Positions 28,468 to 39,545 of a stretch of DNA of 64,000 bases are shown in pieces. This stretch comes from an uncultured Actinomycetota bacterium (GTDB lineage: Bacteria > Actinomycetota > UBA4738 > HRBIN12), in contig CAVTTD010000039.1 of assembly GCA_963737525.1 (NCBI GenBank), positions 5,113 through 69,112 on the forward strand, in the 5' to 3' direction. The notes under the pieces are model-generated. The model searched no databases, was not told where the DNA came from, and saw only the letters and a program-made list of their open reading frames with translations. A program made the translations under genes and the position numbers. How positions within the stretch are numbered: the first letter of the stretch is position 1; every line of letters begins with the position of its first letter.

Positions 28468-29553
28468 CTACGAGGTCCAGTCCGAGAACTCTTCCTTGGC
28501 GGCGAGCTCGTCGAGGTCTTCGAGGTCCGCGAGCCGACGCAGCTCGGCGGCCGCCTCGATCGCGGCCTTCTCGGCCGCCTTCTGGTCGCGGAGCATCTGC
28601 GCGTACTCGGCCTGAGGGATGTAGACCGGCGTGGGGAAATGGGATGGCGGCCCCGTCGGTGCCCGCTTGGCGATCGGCGCGGGGGCCGGGATCGATCCTT
28701 GATCGCCGATCGTCACCTCGACGAGTTCGGGTGTCGGCTCCGTGCGGGCCCGTCGACCCGATCGGCGTGATCCCGTGGGTTCTGGCTCCTCGGCTCGCAC
28801 CGGCTCGACCGTCCCTTCCGGCGTGAGCTTGACGGCTTTCAGCGCCGCTCGGACCGCTTTCCGATCCCTGCGTTGCTCCTTCCTCGTCGGATGATCCGAC
28901 AAGGGCTCGAGCACGTGAGCGGCGGGGACCGGAGCGGGCGTGCCCTCCGGCGCCAGCTTGACGGCCTTCAGTGCGGCGCGCAGCGCTCGCCGCTCGGCCC
29001 GCTGTTCCTTCCGGGTGTGCTCATCCGAGAGCGGGTCGGCGTGGATCACGGGAAGCGCCGGCTTGTGAAGACCGCCCGCCATGGCGCGCTCCTTGAGTTG
29101 ATTCAATTGGTCCGCGGCGGAGAGCTCCTGTCCCTCGTCTCCGTAGGGATCGAGCTCCGCGGGGTCGAGTGTTCCGGGCAGCGGCACCTGCCGGTCGTCA
29201 TCGAGGATCATCAGGATGCGCGCCTCGTCGTGACTGCGCTCACCCATGAATCCGGCCACCTGTTCCCAGGCGAACCGTTGCGTGCGCACGACGCTGACGA
29301 TGGACACCGCCTGTTGCGTGAGCCAGAGACCTGGCTTCGTCATACGGAAGACGAAGAAGGTGGCCGCCATCATGACGACGGCACCCGCCGCGCGCATCGG
29401 TGTCGACATCGGAGCCAGGAGGAACCCCAGGGCGAGACCCATCGGCACCAGGGCGTAGAGCTGAGACTCCAAGCGCCAGCCGCGCGCCCAGACCTCGAGC
29501 GATCCGTCATCCGCGACGCGGGTGCGGAACGAGCCAACCTGCTCGGTGTTCAT
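28468..29553 (-). CDS. Membrane protein with a bacterial PH-like domain and a repetitive charged tail
   Basis: Two TMs, then LWLTQQAVSIVSVVRTQRFAWEQV (bPH-like) and a duplicated segment in the tail. Confidence 0.6.
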   Translation of the reverse strand: MNTEQVGSFRTRVADDGSLEVWARGWRLESQLYALVPMGLALGFLLAPMSTPMRAAGAVVMMAATFFVFRMTKPGLWLTQQAVSIVSVVRTQRFAWEQVAGFMGERSHDEARILMILDDDRQVPLPGTLDPAELDPYGDEGQELSAADQLNQLKERAMAGGLHKPALPVIHADPLSDEHTRKEQRAERRALRAALKAVKLAPEGTPAPVPAAHVLEPLSDHPTRKEQRRDRKAVRAALKAVKLTPEGTVEPVRAEEPEPTGSRRSGRRARTEPTPELVEVTIGDQGSIPAPAPIAKRAPTGPPSHFPTPVYIPQAEYAQMLRDQKAAEKAAIEAAAELRRLADLEDLDELAAKEEFSDWTS

Positions 29554-29671
29554 CCCCAAGGAGGTATCGGCACGAACCGTTCGACTGTTGAGCACGACTT
29601 CGCCTCGGGATCAGGGGGCGAGACCGACGGCTTTCCCCGGGGAGCCCTCAGAGACGACGCTGGCGGAGCGC

Positions 29672-30862
29672 CTATCGGTCGACGTCGCCGACCACGAAGA
29701 AGATCGACCCGAGGATCGCGATCAGATCCGGGACGAGCGTGCCCGGGAGCATGGCCGGGATCACGCTGACGTTGGAGAACGAGGCCGTCCGCATCTTCAG
29801 GCGGTAAGGCTCCTTCTTCCCGTCGCCGACCACGTAGTAGCCCATCAGGCCGAGCGGGTTCTCGGTCCGGACGTAGATCTCGCCTTCCATCTTCAACGTC
29901 TTGGGGAGCTTGGCCGCCCGGAACTCGCCCGGCGGGAGGCGGTCCATGCACTGCTCGATGATGTTGCACGACTGCTTCATCCGCTCGATGAGGACCCAGA
30001 GGCGGTCGTAGCAGTCACCCTTCACACCCACCGGCACCTCGAACTCGACCTCCCCGTACTTCTCGTACGGCTCGTCCTTGCGAGGGTCCATCGCCACGCC
30101 GCTCGCCTGCAGCACCGGCCCCGAGGTTCCGTACGCGACGGCCATCTCGGCCGGAAGGAGTCCGACGTCTCGGGTACGGGCGTAGATGATCTCGTTGCCC
30201 ATGATCAGGGTCTCGAACTCTCCGATCCGCTTGCGCGTCTCGGCGAGCACCCTCGCGGCACTCTTCAGGAAGCCCCGCGGAAGGTCGTCCTTCAGCCCGC
30301 CCACCCGGCAGTAGGAGTGGTGCATCCGCGCACCGGTCGCGGACTCCATCAGGTCCTGGATCATCTCGCGTTCCCGGAACGCGTAGAAGATCGGCGTCAT
30401 CGCCCCGAGCTCGAGGGGGTAGGAGCCGCTGAACATCAGGTGGTTCAAGATCCGGTTCCACTCGGCGAACATCGTCCGGATCCACTGCGCGCGCTCGGGC
30501 ACCTCGATGCCGGCGAGACGCTCGACGGCGATCGTCCAACCGAGCTCGTTGTTGAAGGCGCTGATCCAGTCGTGGCGGTTCATCAGGACGAGGACCTGGC
30601 GTGCGTCGCGATACTCGGCGAGCTTCTCGGCGGCGCGATGCATGTACCCGATCACGGGCTCGGCCTTCGTGATCACCTCGCCGTCCAGTTCGAGGATCAC
30701 CCGAAGGACGCCGTGGGTCGACGGATGCTGCGGGCCGATGTTGAGGATCATCTCCTCGGTGGAGAAGTCCCCGCTGGGAAGGACCTCGACGTCGAGTCCA
30801 CCGCCCCGGATCATGGAGGTGACCTGGGAACTTTCGAACGCGGGCCGCTCGCGGATGTCCAT
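29672..30862 (-). CDS. nuoD: NADH-quinone oxidoreductase subunit D (stand-alone copy)
   Basis: LNIGPQHPSTHGVLR, GYMHRAAEK, RMHHSY, YVRTENPLG, KMRTASF, C-terminal VVGDVDR; no hydrogenase CxxC motifs. Confidence 0.92.
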   Translation of the reverse strand: MDIRERPAFESSQVTSMIRGGGLDVEVLPSGDFSTEEMILNIGPQHPSTHGVLRVILELDGEVITKAEPVIGYMHRAAEKLAEYRDARQVLVLMNRHDWISAFNNELGWTIAVERLAGIEVPERAQWIRTMFAEWNRILNHLMFSGSYPLELGAMTPIFYAFREREMIQDLMESATGARMHHSYCRVGGLKDDLPRGFLKSAARVLAETRKRIGEFETLIMGNEIIYARTRDVGLLPAEMAVAYGTSGPVLQASGVAMDPRKDEPYEKYGEVEFEVPVGVKGDCYDRLWVLIERMKQSCNIIEQCMDRLPPGEFRAAKLPKTLKMEGEIYVRTENPLGLMGYYVVGDGKKEPYRLKMRTASFSNVSVIPAMLPGTLVPDLIAILGSIFFVVGDVDR

Positions 30863-30944
30863 CCGCGCGTCATCCTAGCGGAGCCGCGGCGACACCATGC
30901 TCGCCGATGGAGAGCGCCGACCGAGGCGATAGGCTGCCCGAACC

Positions 30945-32387
30945 ATGGCCGTCGACGTCCGCCGGAAGGTCCCCTCGGTGGATGCGCTCCTGCGTTCGGA
31001 TCCCGCACGGAAGGCGACCCGGTCGCTCGGGCGACCGCTCCTGAAGCGGATGCTCGAAGACGTGCTCGAGGAGGTCCGATCGGCCGCGGCGCTCGGGCAG
31101 GATCCACCCTCCGACGACATCCTCCTCGCCCGATCTCTCGAGCGCGCCTCCCATGCGGCGCAGGGGATGGTGCCGGTGATCAATGCGACCGGCGTCATCC
31201 TGCACACGAACCTCGGGCGCGCGCCGCTGCCCGAGCGCGCAGCGCGAGCAGCGGCGCGCGCCGCTCGGTCCTACACCGACATCGAGGTCGACCGGGAGAC
31301 GGGACTCCGCGGCAAGCGCGCCCGGCGCGCCGAGATCATGCTCACGGCGCTCACCGGCGCGGACGCGGCGATGGTGGTCAACAACTGCGCCGCAGCGCTC
31401 CTGCTGGCGATGGCCGCCCTCGCCAAGGGGAAACAGGTCGTCGTCTCGCGGGGCGAGCTCATCGAGATCGGGGGGGAGTTCCGGATCCCGGACATCCTCG
31501 CGGCGTCGGGGGCTCGGCTCGCCGAGGTGGGCACCACGAACCGGACACGGATCGGCGATTACCGGGCCGCGATCGGTGAGAAGACCGGACTGATCCTCAA
31601 GGTGCATCCATCGAACTACCGCATGATCGGGTTCACGGCGGCTCCGTCGACGGCCGATCTCGCCGGGCTCGCCCGCAAGCACGGAGTGCCGTTCCTGTTC
31701 GACGTCGGATCCGGGTTGCTGCATCACGGCCACGGTCACCCGGCAGACGAGCCCAGCGTCACGGACGCGCTCGCCCAAGGAGCCGATCTCGTGACGTTCT
31801 CGGCGGACAAGCTGCTCGGCGGACCGCAGGCAGGCATCCTCGTCGGACGGGCCGACCTGTTGGACAGGCTGCGCCGGCACCCGATCGCCCGCGCGGTTCG
31901 CATCGGCAGGATCCAGATGGCTGCCCTCGAGCAGGTGCTCGCGACCATCGCCACCGGGAGGGAGGAAGAGATCCCGGTGTTCCGCATGCTCCGGGAAACC
32001 CCGGAGACGGTCCGCGACCGTGCCCATGTGCTGTCCGAGACGATCGGCGGAGAGCTCGAGGGAGCGCGGGTCGTCCGTTGCGAGTCATCGGTCGGCGGAG
32101 GTTCGATGCCGGGGACCGCGGTGGCTTCGTGGGGGGTTCGCATCCAGGTCCCGGACGCCCCCGCCTTCGCCGCCCGGCTCCGCACGGGCACGCCGGCCGC
32201 GTTCTCGCGGGTCGAGGATCGGTTCATCCTGCTCGATTGCCGGACCGTGACGGACGCGCAGGTCCCGCATCTCGCACGGGCCGTGCACTACGCACTGGAG
32301 GGCGACGAGGAGCACGGTCACGACCTCCACGGTGACGATCGTCAGGACCCGAACGGAACCGACGCCGGTCGCGACGTCGACGCGTAG
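30945..32387 (+). CDS. selA: L-seryl-tRNA(Sec) selenium transferase
   Basis: [80 protein letters not shown]. Confidence 0.97.
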   Translation: MAVDVRRKVPSVDALLRSDPARKATRSLGRPLLKRMLEDVLEEVRSAAALGQDPPSDDILLARSLERASHAAQGMVPVINATGVILHTNLGRAPLPERAARAAARAARSYTDIEVDRETGLRGKRARRAEIMLTALTGADAAMVVNNCAAALLLAMAALAKGKQVVVSRGELIEIGGEFRIPDILAASGARLAEVGTTNRTRIGDYRAAIGEKTGLILKVHPSNYRMIGFTAAPSTADLAGLARKHGVPFLFDVGSGLLHHGHGHPADEPSVTDALAQGADLVTFSADKLLGGPQAGILVGRADLLDRLRRHPIARAVRIGRIQMAALEQVLATIATGREEEIPVFRMLRETPETVRDRAHVLSETIGGELEGARVVRCESSVGGGSMPGTAVASWGVRIQVPDAPAFAARLRTGTPAAFSRVEDRFILLDCRTVTDAQVPHLARAVHYALEGDEEHGHDLHGDDRQDPNGTDAGRDVDA

Positions 32388-34246
32388 ATGAACGAGCTCC
32401 GAGTCGTGGCCACCGCCGGCCACGTCGACCACGGCAAGTCGTCGCTGATCGCGCGACTCACCGGGATGGATCCCGACCGCTGGGACGAGGAGAAGCGGCG
32501 CGGGCTCACCATCGACCTCGGGTATGCATGGTGCGATCTCCCTTCCGGGCGCGAGGTCGGCTTCGTGGACGTACCCGGTCACGAGCGATTCATCGCCAAC
32601 ATGCTCGCCGGCGTCGGACCCGTCCGACTGGTGCTGTTCGTGGTCGCGGCAGACGAGGGATGGCGTCAGCAGTCGGAAGAGCATCTCGCGATCCTGGATG
32701 TCCTCGGGGTGGCGGGCGGCGTCGTGGCGCTGACGAAGCGCGACCTGGTCGACGAGGACGCCCTCGACCTCGTCGAGGAGGAGATCCGCGAACGCATCGA
32801 CGGCACGGCCCTGTCGGACGCCCCCGTCGTCCGCGTGTCGGCCGAGACGGGGGACGGGCTCGACGAGCTGCGCACGGCGCTCGACGACCTATTGGCGAAC
32901 GCACCCACTCCCGCCGACGAACGCGCGCGGTTGTTCGTCGACCGCGTGTTCACGATCGCGGGCGCCGGGACGGTCGTCACGGGGACGCTCGGCGGCGATC
33001 GCCTCCTGGTCGGCGAAGAGGTGGAGCTCTACCCGCGCGGGAAGATGGCGCGGATCCGTTCGCTCCAGACGCACAAACGGGACGAGGGACGAGCGGATCC
33101 GGTGACGCGCGTCGCCGCCAACCTCGCGGGTACCGGCAGAGCGGAGCTCGCGCGGGGAGACGTGGTGGGGATGCCGGGCGCCTGGAGACCGACGACCGTC
33201 TTCGAGGGCGTGCTCCGCCCGGTGCGTGGTCTCCCGCACCCGATCACCGCTCGGGGAGCGTTCAAGGTCCACGCCGGCGCGGCGGAGTCCGACGCTCGGA
33301 TCCGTCTCTTCGGCGGCGCCCGCCTCGAACCGGGACAGGAAGCCTTCGTCCGGATCACGACGGCACGCCCCTTGGTGCTCGACGTCTTCGACCGCTTCGT
33401 CCTCAGGGAGTCGGGCCGGCGGGAGACCCTGGGAGGCGGCTCGGTGCTGGATCCGGCGCCGCCGCGGCGGGCCGGACCGGCCCCGCAGGAGCGTCTCGCC
33501 CGGCGCGCCGCGGCGGCCCGCGACGACCTCCCCGCGATCCTCGCCGACGAGCGGGGAGCCGTCCGGGCATCGGATGCGGTCGCCCTCACGGGCTCGACCG
33601 CCGGCGTTCCCCAGGCGGGCGAGTGGTTGCTCCGGGACGGGCTGCTCGGAATCGGCGGGCACCGCGCTGGTCGACCACATCGGGGCGTTCCATGAGGTGC
33701 ACCCGCTGGAAGAAGGAGAACCGCTGGCCTCGGCTCGCCGCGCGCTCGCCGCGTCCCTCCGCCCCCTCACCGGAGCCCCGGATCCCCGTCTCGTCGATGC
33801 CGTCCTCGACCGCCTGACGGCAGATGGGCTCCTGACCCGCACGAGCACGTCGATCGCGCTCCCCTCGCATCAACCCGCCGACCGCGAGAACGACCCCGCC
33901 GATCCAGCATCTGCTGTCGGCGATCGCCTCCGAGCCGGCGCAGCCTCCGACGATCAGAGACCTGGTCGCAGAAGGGGTCGGCCTCGACGCGGTCGACGCG
34001 GCCGGCAGGGCCGGCCTCGTCGTGCGCGTCGGCCCCGATCTCGTGTTCACGCCGGCGCTCATCGAGCGGGCGGAAGCCATCGTGGCGGCGGCCGGCAGCT
34101 CGGGCATCACCGTGAGCGCGTTCCGGGAGGCCCTGGGGACCAGCCGGAAGTACGCGGTGCCGCTCTTGGAATGGTTCGACCAACGAGGCGTGACCCGTCG
34201 AGAGGGCGACCTGCGCTACCCACGGGTCGACCGATCGGGGTCCTGA
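32388..34246 (+). CDS. selB: Selenocysteine-specific elongation factor, frameshifts near 33650 and 33900
   Basis: [54 protein letters not shown]; C-terminal winged helix [27 protein letters not shown]. Confidence 0.95.
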
Positions 34247-34275
34247 AGCTCCCCGTCCGGATCCGACCCTGTGTC

Positions 34276-34749
34276 CTACCCGGAGACCTCGGCCGTCACC
34301 GTGATCTCGACGCTCGCACCGAGCGGCAGCGACGCGACGCCCACGGCCGCCCTCGCATGCCGCCCGTCCGGTCCGAGCACCGAGATCAACAGGTCGCTCG
34401 CGCCGTTCGCGACCCGGGGGTGCTCGATGAACTCCGGGTCGGCCGCGACGAAGACCGTGACCTGCAGGATCCGCACGAGCCCATCGAGACTTCCCCCGAG
34501 GTGGTCTCGGAGCGCCGACAACGCCTGAAGGGCGGCACGCGAGGCCGACTCCTGCCCCTTCTCCACGGACACCTGCTTGCCCAACCTCCCCGCATGCAGC
34601 ACCTGTCCGTCGACCATGGCGACCTGACCGGCGACGAACGCAAGGGACCCCGTCTGGGTCACGGGCACGTAACTCGCGACCGGCACCGGAGGAGGAGGGA
34701 GCTCCAGACCGAGCTCGTCGAGCCGACGAAGGATGTCCGCGTCGTTCAC
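34276..34749 (-). CDS. RidA/YjgF family protein (Rv3678c-like)
   Basis: LGLELPPPPVPVASYVP, AFVAGQV, HPRVANGASDLL, HARAAVGVASLPLGASVEI. Confidence 0.92.
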   Translation of the reverse strand: MNDADILRRLDELGLELPPPPVPVASYVPVTQTGSLAFVAGQVAMVDGQVLHAGRLGKQVSVEKGQESASRAALQALSALRDHLGGSLDGLVRILQVTVFVAADPEFIEHPRVANGASDLLISVLGPDGRHARAAVGVASLPLGASVEITVTAEVSG

Positions 34750-34814
34750 GGGCCGCATCCTCTCAGACGAAGAGGTGGCAGACGAGGGCGCGAGGAGATC
34801 GATCGAGCGCGGTG

Positions 34815-35087
34815 CTAGCTGGCTTCGAGCGCCTGCTGCTTGAGGATCGCGCGCCGCTCGCTCTCGTTGAGTCCTCCCCACACCCCATGGCCCTCGCGGG
34901 TCGCCAGGGCGAAGTCGAGGCAGAGCTGGCGCACGGGGCAGACCGCGCAGATCCGCTTGGCGACCGCCTCACGGGCGAGCTTGTCCCTCCGCTTCTCGAA
35001 GTAGCTGGGCGCGAAGTAGAAGGCGGAGTCCTCGCCGCGGCACGCGGCGAGGCGCTGCCAACCGTCGAACCCCTTGTCGAACGACAT
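34815..35087 (-). CDS. WhiB family Fe-S transcriptional regulator
   Basis: WQRLAACRG...AKRICAVCPVRQLCL...GVWGGLNESER (four Cys and the GVWGG turn). Confidence 0.95.
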   Translation of the reverse strand: MSFDKGFDGWQRLAACRGEDSAFYFAPSYFEKRRDKLAREAVAKRICAVCPVRQLCLDFALATREGHGVWGGLNESERRAILKQQALEAS

Positions 35088-35193
35088 GTCTACCTGGTTG
35101 TTCGCAGGGAGCCCGGCTCAGGATTCCGCCACCGCCGAAGAGTGCCTGCCGTGACAGGTTCTCAAGAACTCGCCGGAAGCCTTACGCGCCAGG

Positions 35194-36513
35194 CTATTCC
35201 GCAGGCTGTACGGGTTCGGCCTCGACGTGCAGGATCAGCCCCTCGACGCCTCGGACGCGGATCGGTGTACCCACCTCGATCGGGGCGCCGCTCGTTCGCC
35301 CGCGCCAGAGCGCCCCCTTCACGAAGACGGCCCCCTCCGGGGCCAGCCGTCCTCTCGCCTCGCCGACCAGGCCGACCAGTCCGCGCTGGACACCGGCGAT
35401 CCGGTCCCGAGCCTGGAGCGCGACCGTCAGGGCGAACCCGTAGTACAGGAGGCTCGCAAGGACCGCGCCGCCGATCAGCCACGGGCTGATCCGGATCGAG
35501 GCATCGACGTCGTTCCACGCCAGGACGGAACCGACGCCGAACGCGACGAGCCCGGTCCACGTCGGCCAGGACAGGCTCCGGAGCCGCACGTCGAACATCA
35601 AGAGGCCGATGCCGAGCAACAACAGGACGAACCCGGGCCAGGAGGGGATCGCCACCGTGAGTCCGTACACCGCGAGCGCCACCAGCGCGATCCCGCTGAA
35701 CCCGGCGAACCCGAATCCCGGTTGTGTGAGCTCGAACGCGATCGCCGCCAGCCCGAGGACGAGCAGGAAGTAGACCATCGAGGGAGTCGCCACGGCGTGG
35801 AGCACGCGCGTGATCACACCGGGCTCTTCGAAGCGGATCTCGACGGTTCGCTCGTTCGCTTCCGCCTGCGTCGTGGCGACCCGGGTCTGAAGCACGACCG
35901 CACCGGCCGCCGTCTGGACCGTCATCCCGTCCACGCGATCGAGGAGCTGGGGGACGGTGTACGCCGCGACCTGCGCGATCCCGGCGTCGAGCGCATCCCC
36001 GGCCGCGAGTGGGCGTACGAGGTCGCGGAGATCGACGTCGCGTCCGTGCGCCGCGAGCCATCCGTCGATGCGGGCCGGGAGCCCCGCGGCCTCGACATCG
36101 GGCCGCAGGACGTCCACCGGCTGAAGCGGACCGGTCTGCGATCCGGGCGAGACGGCCGCGAGCGACGAGGCGAGCATCAGCATCAGTCCCGCGCCGCTCG
36201 CCCGCGCCGGAGCGGGCCCGACCCATGCCAGGACCGGCACCTCCAACTGGGCGACGCGCTCGGCCAGGACGATCGCGTCCTGGCCGAGCGCTCCCGGGGT
36301 GTCGAGCTCCAGGACCACGATCGCGCCTGCTCGTTCCGCCTCCGTCAATCGTTCCTCGAGGTAGGCCCGGAGGGGTCGGTCGATCGGCCCGTCGACCTCG
36401 ATCACATGGACCTGCGTGACCGGCTGCGCGCCGGCCTCCCCGGCCAGCGGGCCGGCGAGGCCGACCGCCAGGCTCGTGGTCAGGAGGAGCGAGGGAAGGG
36501 TTGCGGCGCGCAT
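35194..36513 (-). CDS. Long-form NfeD family membrane protein
   Basis: Signal peptide, ClpP-like domain (LELDTPG), TM bundle with FELTQPGFG, C-terminal OB-fold GLVGLVGEAR...VFVKGALWRGR. Confidence 0.88.
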   Translation of the reverse strand: MRAATLPSLLLTTSLAVGLAGPLAGEAGAQPVTQVHVIEVDGPIDRPLRAYLEERLTEAERAGAIVVLELDTPGALGQDAIVLAERVAQLEVPVLAWVGPAPARASGAGLMLMLASSLAAVSPGSQTGPLQPVDVLRPDVEAAGLPARIDGWLAAHGRDVDLRDLVRPLAAGDALDAGIAQVAAYTVPQLLDRVDGMTVQTAAGAVVLQTRVATTQAEANERTVEIRFEEPGVITRVLHAVATPSMVYFLLVLGLAAIAFELTQPGFGFAGFSGIALVALAVYGLTVAIPSWPGFVLLLLGIGLLMFDVRLRSLSWPTWTGLVAFGVGSVLAWNDVDASIRISPWLIGGAVLASLLYYGFALTVALQARDRIAGVQRGLVGLVGEARGRLAPEGAVFVKGALWRGRTSGAPIEVGTPIRVRGVEGLILHVEAEPVQPAE

Positions 36514-36572
36514 CGAGGGCGCATCGTACCGAGCAAGGCGAGCGAAGATGGGGCGTATCCTGGTGGGTACCC

Positions 36573-39072
36573 ATGAGCGTGGACACCGGTCGCCGCCCGG
36601 CGGGACCCCCGCCACCGGGGGGCCGTCCAGGCCCCCGGCTGCCTCGCGACCCTCGATCCGTCCACGACCGCGTCTCCTTCAAGCCGATCGCGATCCTCCT
36701 CCTCGTCCCCGTGATCCTGGCGACCTCGATCCTCACCGCGGCCGTCCTCGCCCCCCCGTTCGCGGCCGCCGGGTTCGGCGTGAACGAGATCCGCTCCCGC
36801 CTCGACGCCCTGGGGGCGGACTTCACCCGGATCCCGAGGTTCCCGGAGCGCTCCACGATCTACGCGGCGGACGGCTCCGTCCTCACCCGCGTCTACCTCG
36901 ACAACCGCGAGATCGTGCCGCTCTCGGCGATCTCCCCGGTCGCCCGCCAGGCGGTGCTCGCGATCGAGGACTCCGACTTCTTCGAGCACGGGGCGTTGGA
37001 CTGGTCCTCGCTGATCCGCGCGATGATCCAGAACGCGCGTGCGGGACATGTCGTCCAGGGCGGCTCGACGCATCACGCAGCAGCTGGTCGGCAGCACCCT
37101 CGGAGCGAACCGATTCGATCAGAGCATCGAGGGCAAGCTGCAGGAGCTCGCGCTCTCGATCCGGGTGGAGCAGCAGTACTCGAAGGCACAGATCTTCGAG
37201 CTCTACCTGAACCAGGTCTACATGGGCAACGGCGTCTACGGGTTCGGGACCGCGGCGCAGTTCTACTTCCGGAAGCCCGCCCGCCGGCTCACCCTGCTCG
37301 AAGGAGCCACGCTGGCCGGGATGGTCCGGGCGCCGGAGTACTACGACCCACTCGACCGGCCGAAGAAGATGTTGCTCCGCCGCAACGACGTGCTCAACCG
37401 GATGGAGGGACTGGGCTGGATCACGGAGGCGCGCAACGACCGCCTGAAGGCGAAGCCGTTGCTCCTGCCCGAGAACGCCGGGAAGCTGCATCGCCGGCAT
37501 CCTCCGTTCTTCGTCAAGTACCTCACCGACCAGATCGTGGAGAACAGATCCGGAGAGTTCGACGCGCTCGGCCGTACCGAGAAGGCGCGGAGACGTGCCC
37601 TCTACGAGGGTGGTCTCGAGATCCACACGACGCTCGAGCCGCGATGGCAGGGTTGGGCCGAGCAGGCTGCGCGACAGCCCCTCAGCGTGGGTATCTACCC
37701 TCCGGCGGGGTCGCCGCCACCCGACGTCTCGATCGTGACGATCGACAATCGGTCGGGCGCCGTGAAGGTGATCCTCTCGGGACGGAACTACCGGAAGGAC
37801 GAGCTCGACCTGGCGACCACCGGCCACCAGCCCGGGTCGGCGTTCAAGCCGTTCGTCCTCGCCGGGGCGTTCCAACAGGGCATCCCGCCGACGCAGACCT
37901 ACTCGAGCTCGTCACCGTGGTGCTCGCCGATGTGGGATGACGAGGACCACTGCGTGGAGAACGCGGAGGGTGGAGGCGAGGGCATCGTCGACCTGTGGAG
38001 GGCCACCGAGGACTCGATCAACGTGGTGTTCGCCCAGCTCATCTTCGATGTCGGGCCGAGCGTGGTCGCGGACATCGCGGGGCGGATGATCGGGATGGAT
38101 CCCCGCACGGAGGGGTTCCCGCCGGTGGCGGCGCTCGCGACGGGCTCCGTGGCCATCTCGCCGATCGACATGGCCACCGGCTATCAGACGATCGCGAACG
38201 ACGGGAGGCACTGCGACCCCTACACGGTCCAGTCGATCGAACGGGACGGCAAGGTGCTCCTGGAGCACGAGCGGACGTGCGACCCGGTCCTCAAAGCGGG
38301 CGACGCGCATCTCATCACCGCGATGCTCGAGCAGGTGCCGATCTCCGGAACGGCCGCGAGCGCCTTCGGTCCCTGGGCGGACTGGCCGGTCGCGGGCAAG
38401 ACGGGGACGGCGCAACTGAACACGAACGTGTGGTTCGGCGGTTACACGAAGCAGTTCACGACCGTGGTGTGGGTGGGCTCCCCGGGGAATCCCTATCCGA
38501 TGGGACACGTCTTCGGCGGCACGGTCGCCGCGCCGATCTGGGTCGAGTACATGTCGAAGGTCATGCAGGGGCTGCCGGCGATCGGGTTCCCGGAGCCGCC
38601 GAAGCCGCCGGTCGGTCCGGTGCCCAGCGTGATCGGGATGGACAGGAAGGGCGCGATCACGACGCTGTCGAACGCCGGGTTCCGCGCGACCGTCGAGGTC
38701 GTCGACAACCTCAGCACGAAGGGGAAGGTGTTCAGCCAATCGCCGGGCGGCGGGTCCGTGACGGCACTGGGGACGATCGTGTCCGTGCAGATCTCCACCG
38801 GGAACGCTGCGCAGGTCCCGATGCCACGGGTCGTCGGGATGCGTGGTTCCGAGGCGAAGGCCCTCCTGGAGTCATCGGGATTGGTGGTGAACCTCGTGCG
38901 GGTCGAGACCGGGAACCCGAACAAGGTCGGTTTCGTCATGGCCCAGAACCCCTACATCAACCACGTGGTGACCCAGGGGGCCACCGTCACGATCTTCGTC
39001 GGCGAGGCCAAAGGCGGTGGCGGAGGCGGCGGGGGAACGGCGGAGGCGACGGAGGCGGCGGGCGGCGGTTAG
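36573..39072 (+). CDS. Class A penicillin-binding protein (PonA2-like) with PASTA domains, frameshift near 37073
   Basis: LAIEDSDFFEH, QGGST-ITQQL, YLNQVYMG, QPGSAFKP, SIN, GKTGT, two PASTA-like repeats. Confidence 0.93.
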
Positions 39073-39533
39073 CCCGCGGACTCCCGCAACCGAGCCCGAA
39101 CCTTCTCCTGCACCACCTTGCCGTCGACACGACCCTTCGCCTTCCCCATCAGGAAGCCCATGACCGCGCCGAACTCCTTCTCCGACGTGGCACCCGTGGC
39201 CGCGAACGCCTCCTCGAGCAGGGCGTCGATCTGTTCGTCGCTCAGCTGCTCGGGGGCGTAGGGAGCGATCGCGCCCTGCTCGGCTCGCTCCTTCTCGACG
39301 AGCTCGTGACGGCCGGCTCCCTGGAACGCTTCGATCGATTCGGTGCGCTTCTTCATCTCTTTCGCCGCGACGTCGCGCACCTCGTCGTCCGAAAGATCGT
39401 GACGCAGCTCCTTCTCCTTGTTCGTCACGGCGGCGGAGAGCATGCGGAGCGCTCCGAGCCGAACCTTCTCGCCCGCTCGAAGCGCATCCGTCATCTCGGC
39501 GGCGAGCCGCTCCTTCAGCGTCGGTTCGCTCAC
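39069..39533 (-). CDS. GatB/YqeY domain protein
   Basis: LKERLAAEMTDALRAGEKVRLGALRML, KKRTESIEAFQGAGR, FGAVMGFLMGKAKGRVDG. Confidence 0.92.
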   Translation of the reverse strand: MSEPTLKERLAAEMTDALRAGEKVRLGALRMLSAAVTNKEKELRHDLSDDEVRDVAAKEMKKRTESIEAFQGAGRHELVEKERAEQGAIAPYAPEQLSDEQIDALLEEAFAATGATSEKEFGAVMGFLMGKAKGRVDGKVVQEKVRARLRESAG

Positions 39534-39545
39534 TACACTCCCCCC

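Noticed and set aside
29672-30862. NiFe-hydrogenase large subunit
   Set aside because: It lacks the N- and C-terminal CxxC Ni ligands; the motifs are those of NuoD.
30863-35193. tRNA-Sec (selC) or selD beside selAB
   Set aside because: No cloverleaf with a TCA anticodon and no SelD motifs seen in these intergenic spaces or elsewhere in the window.
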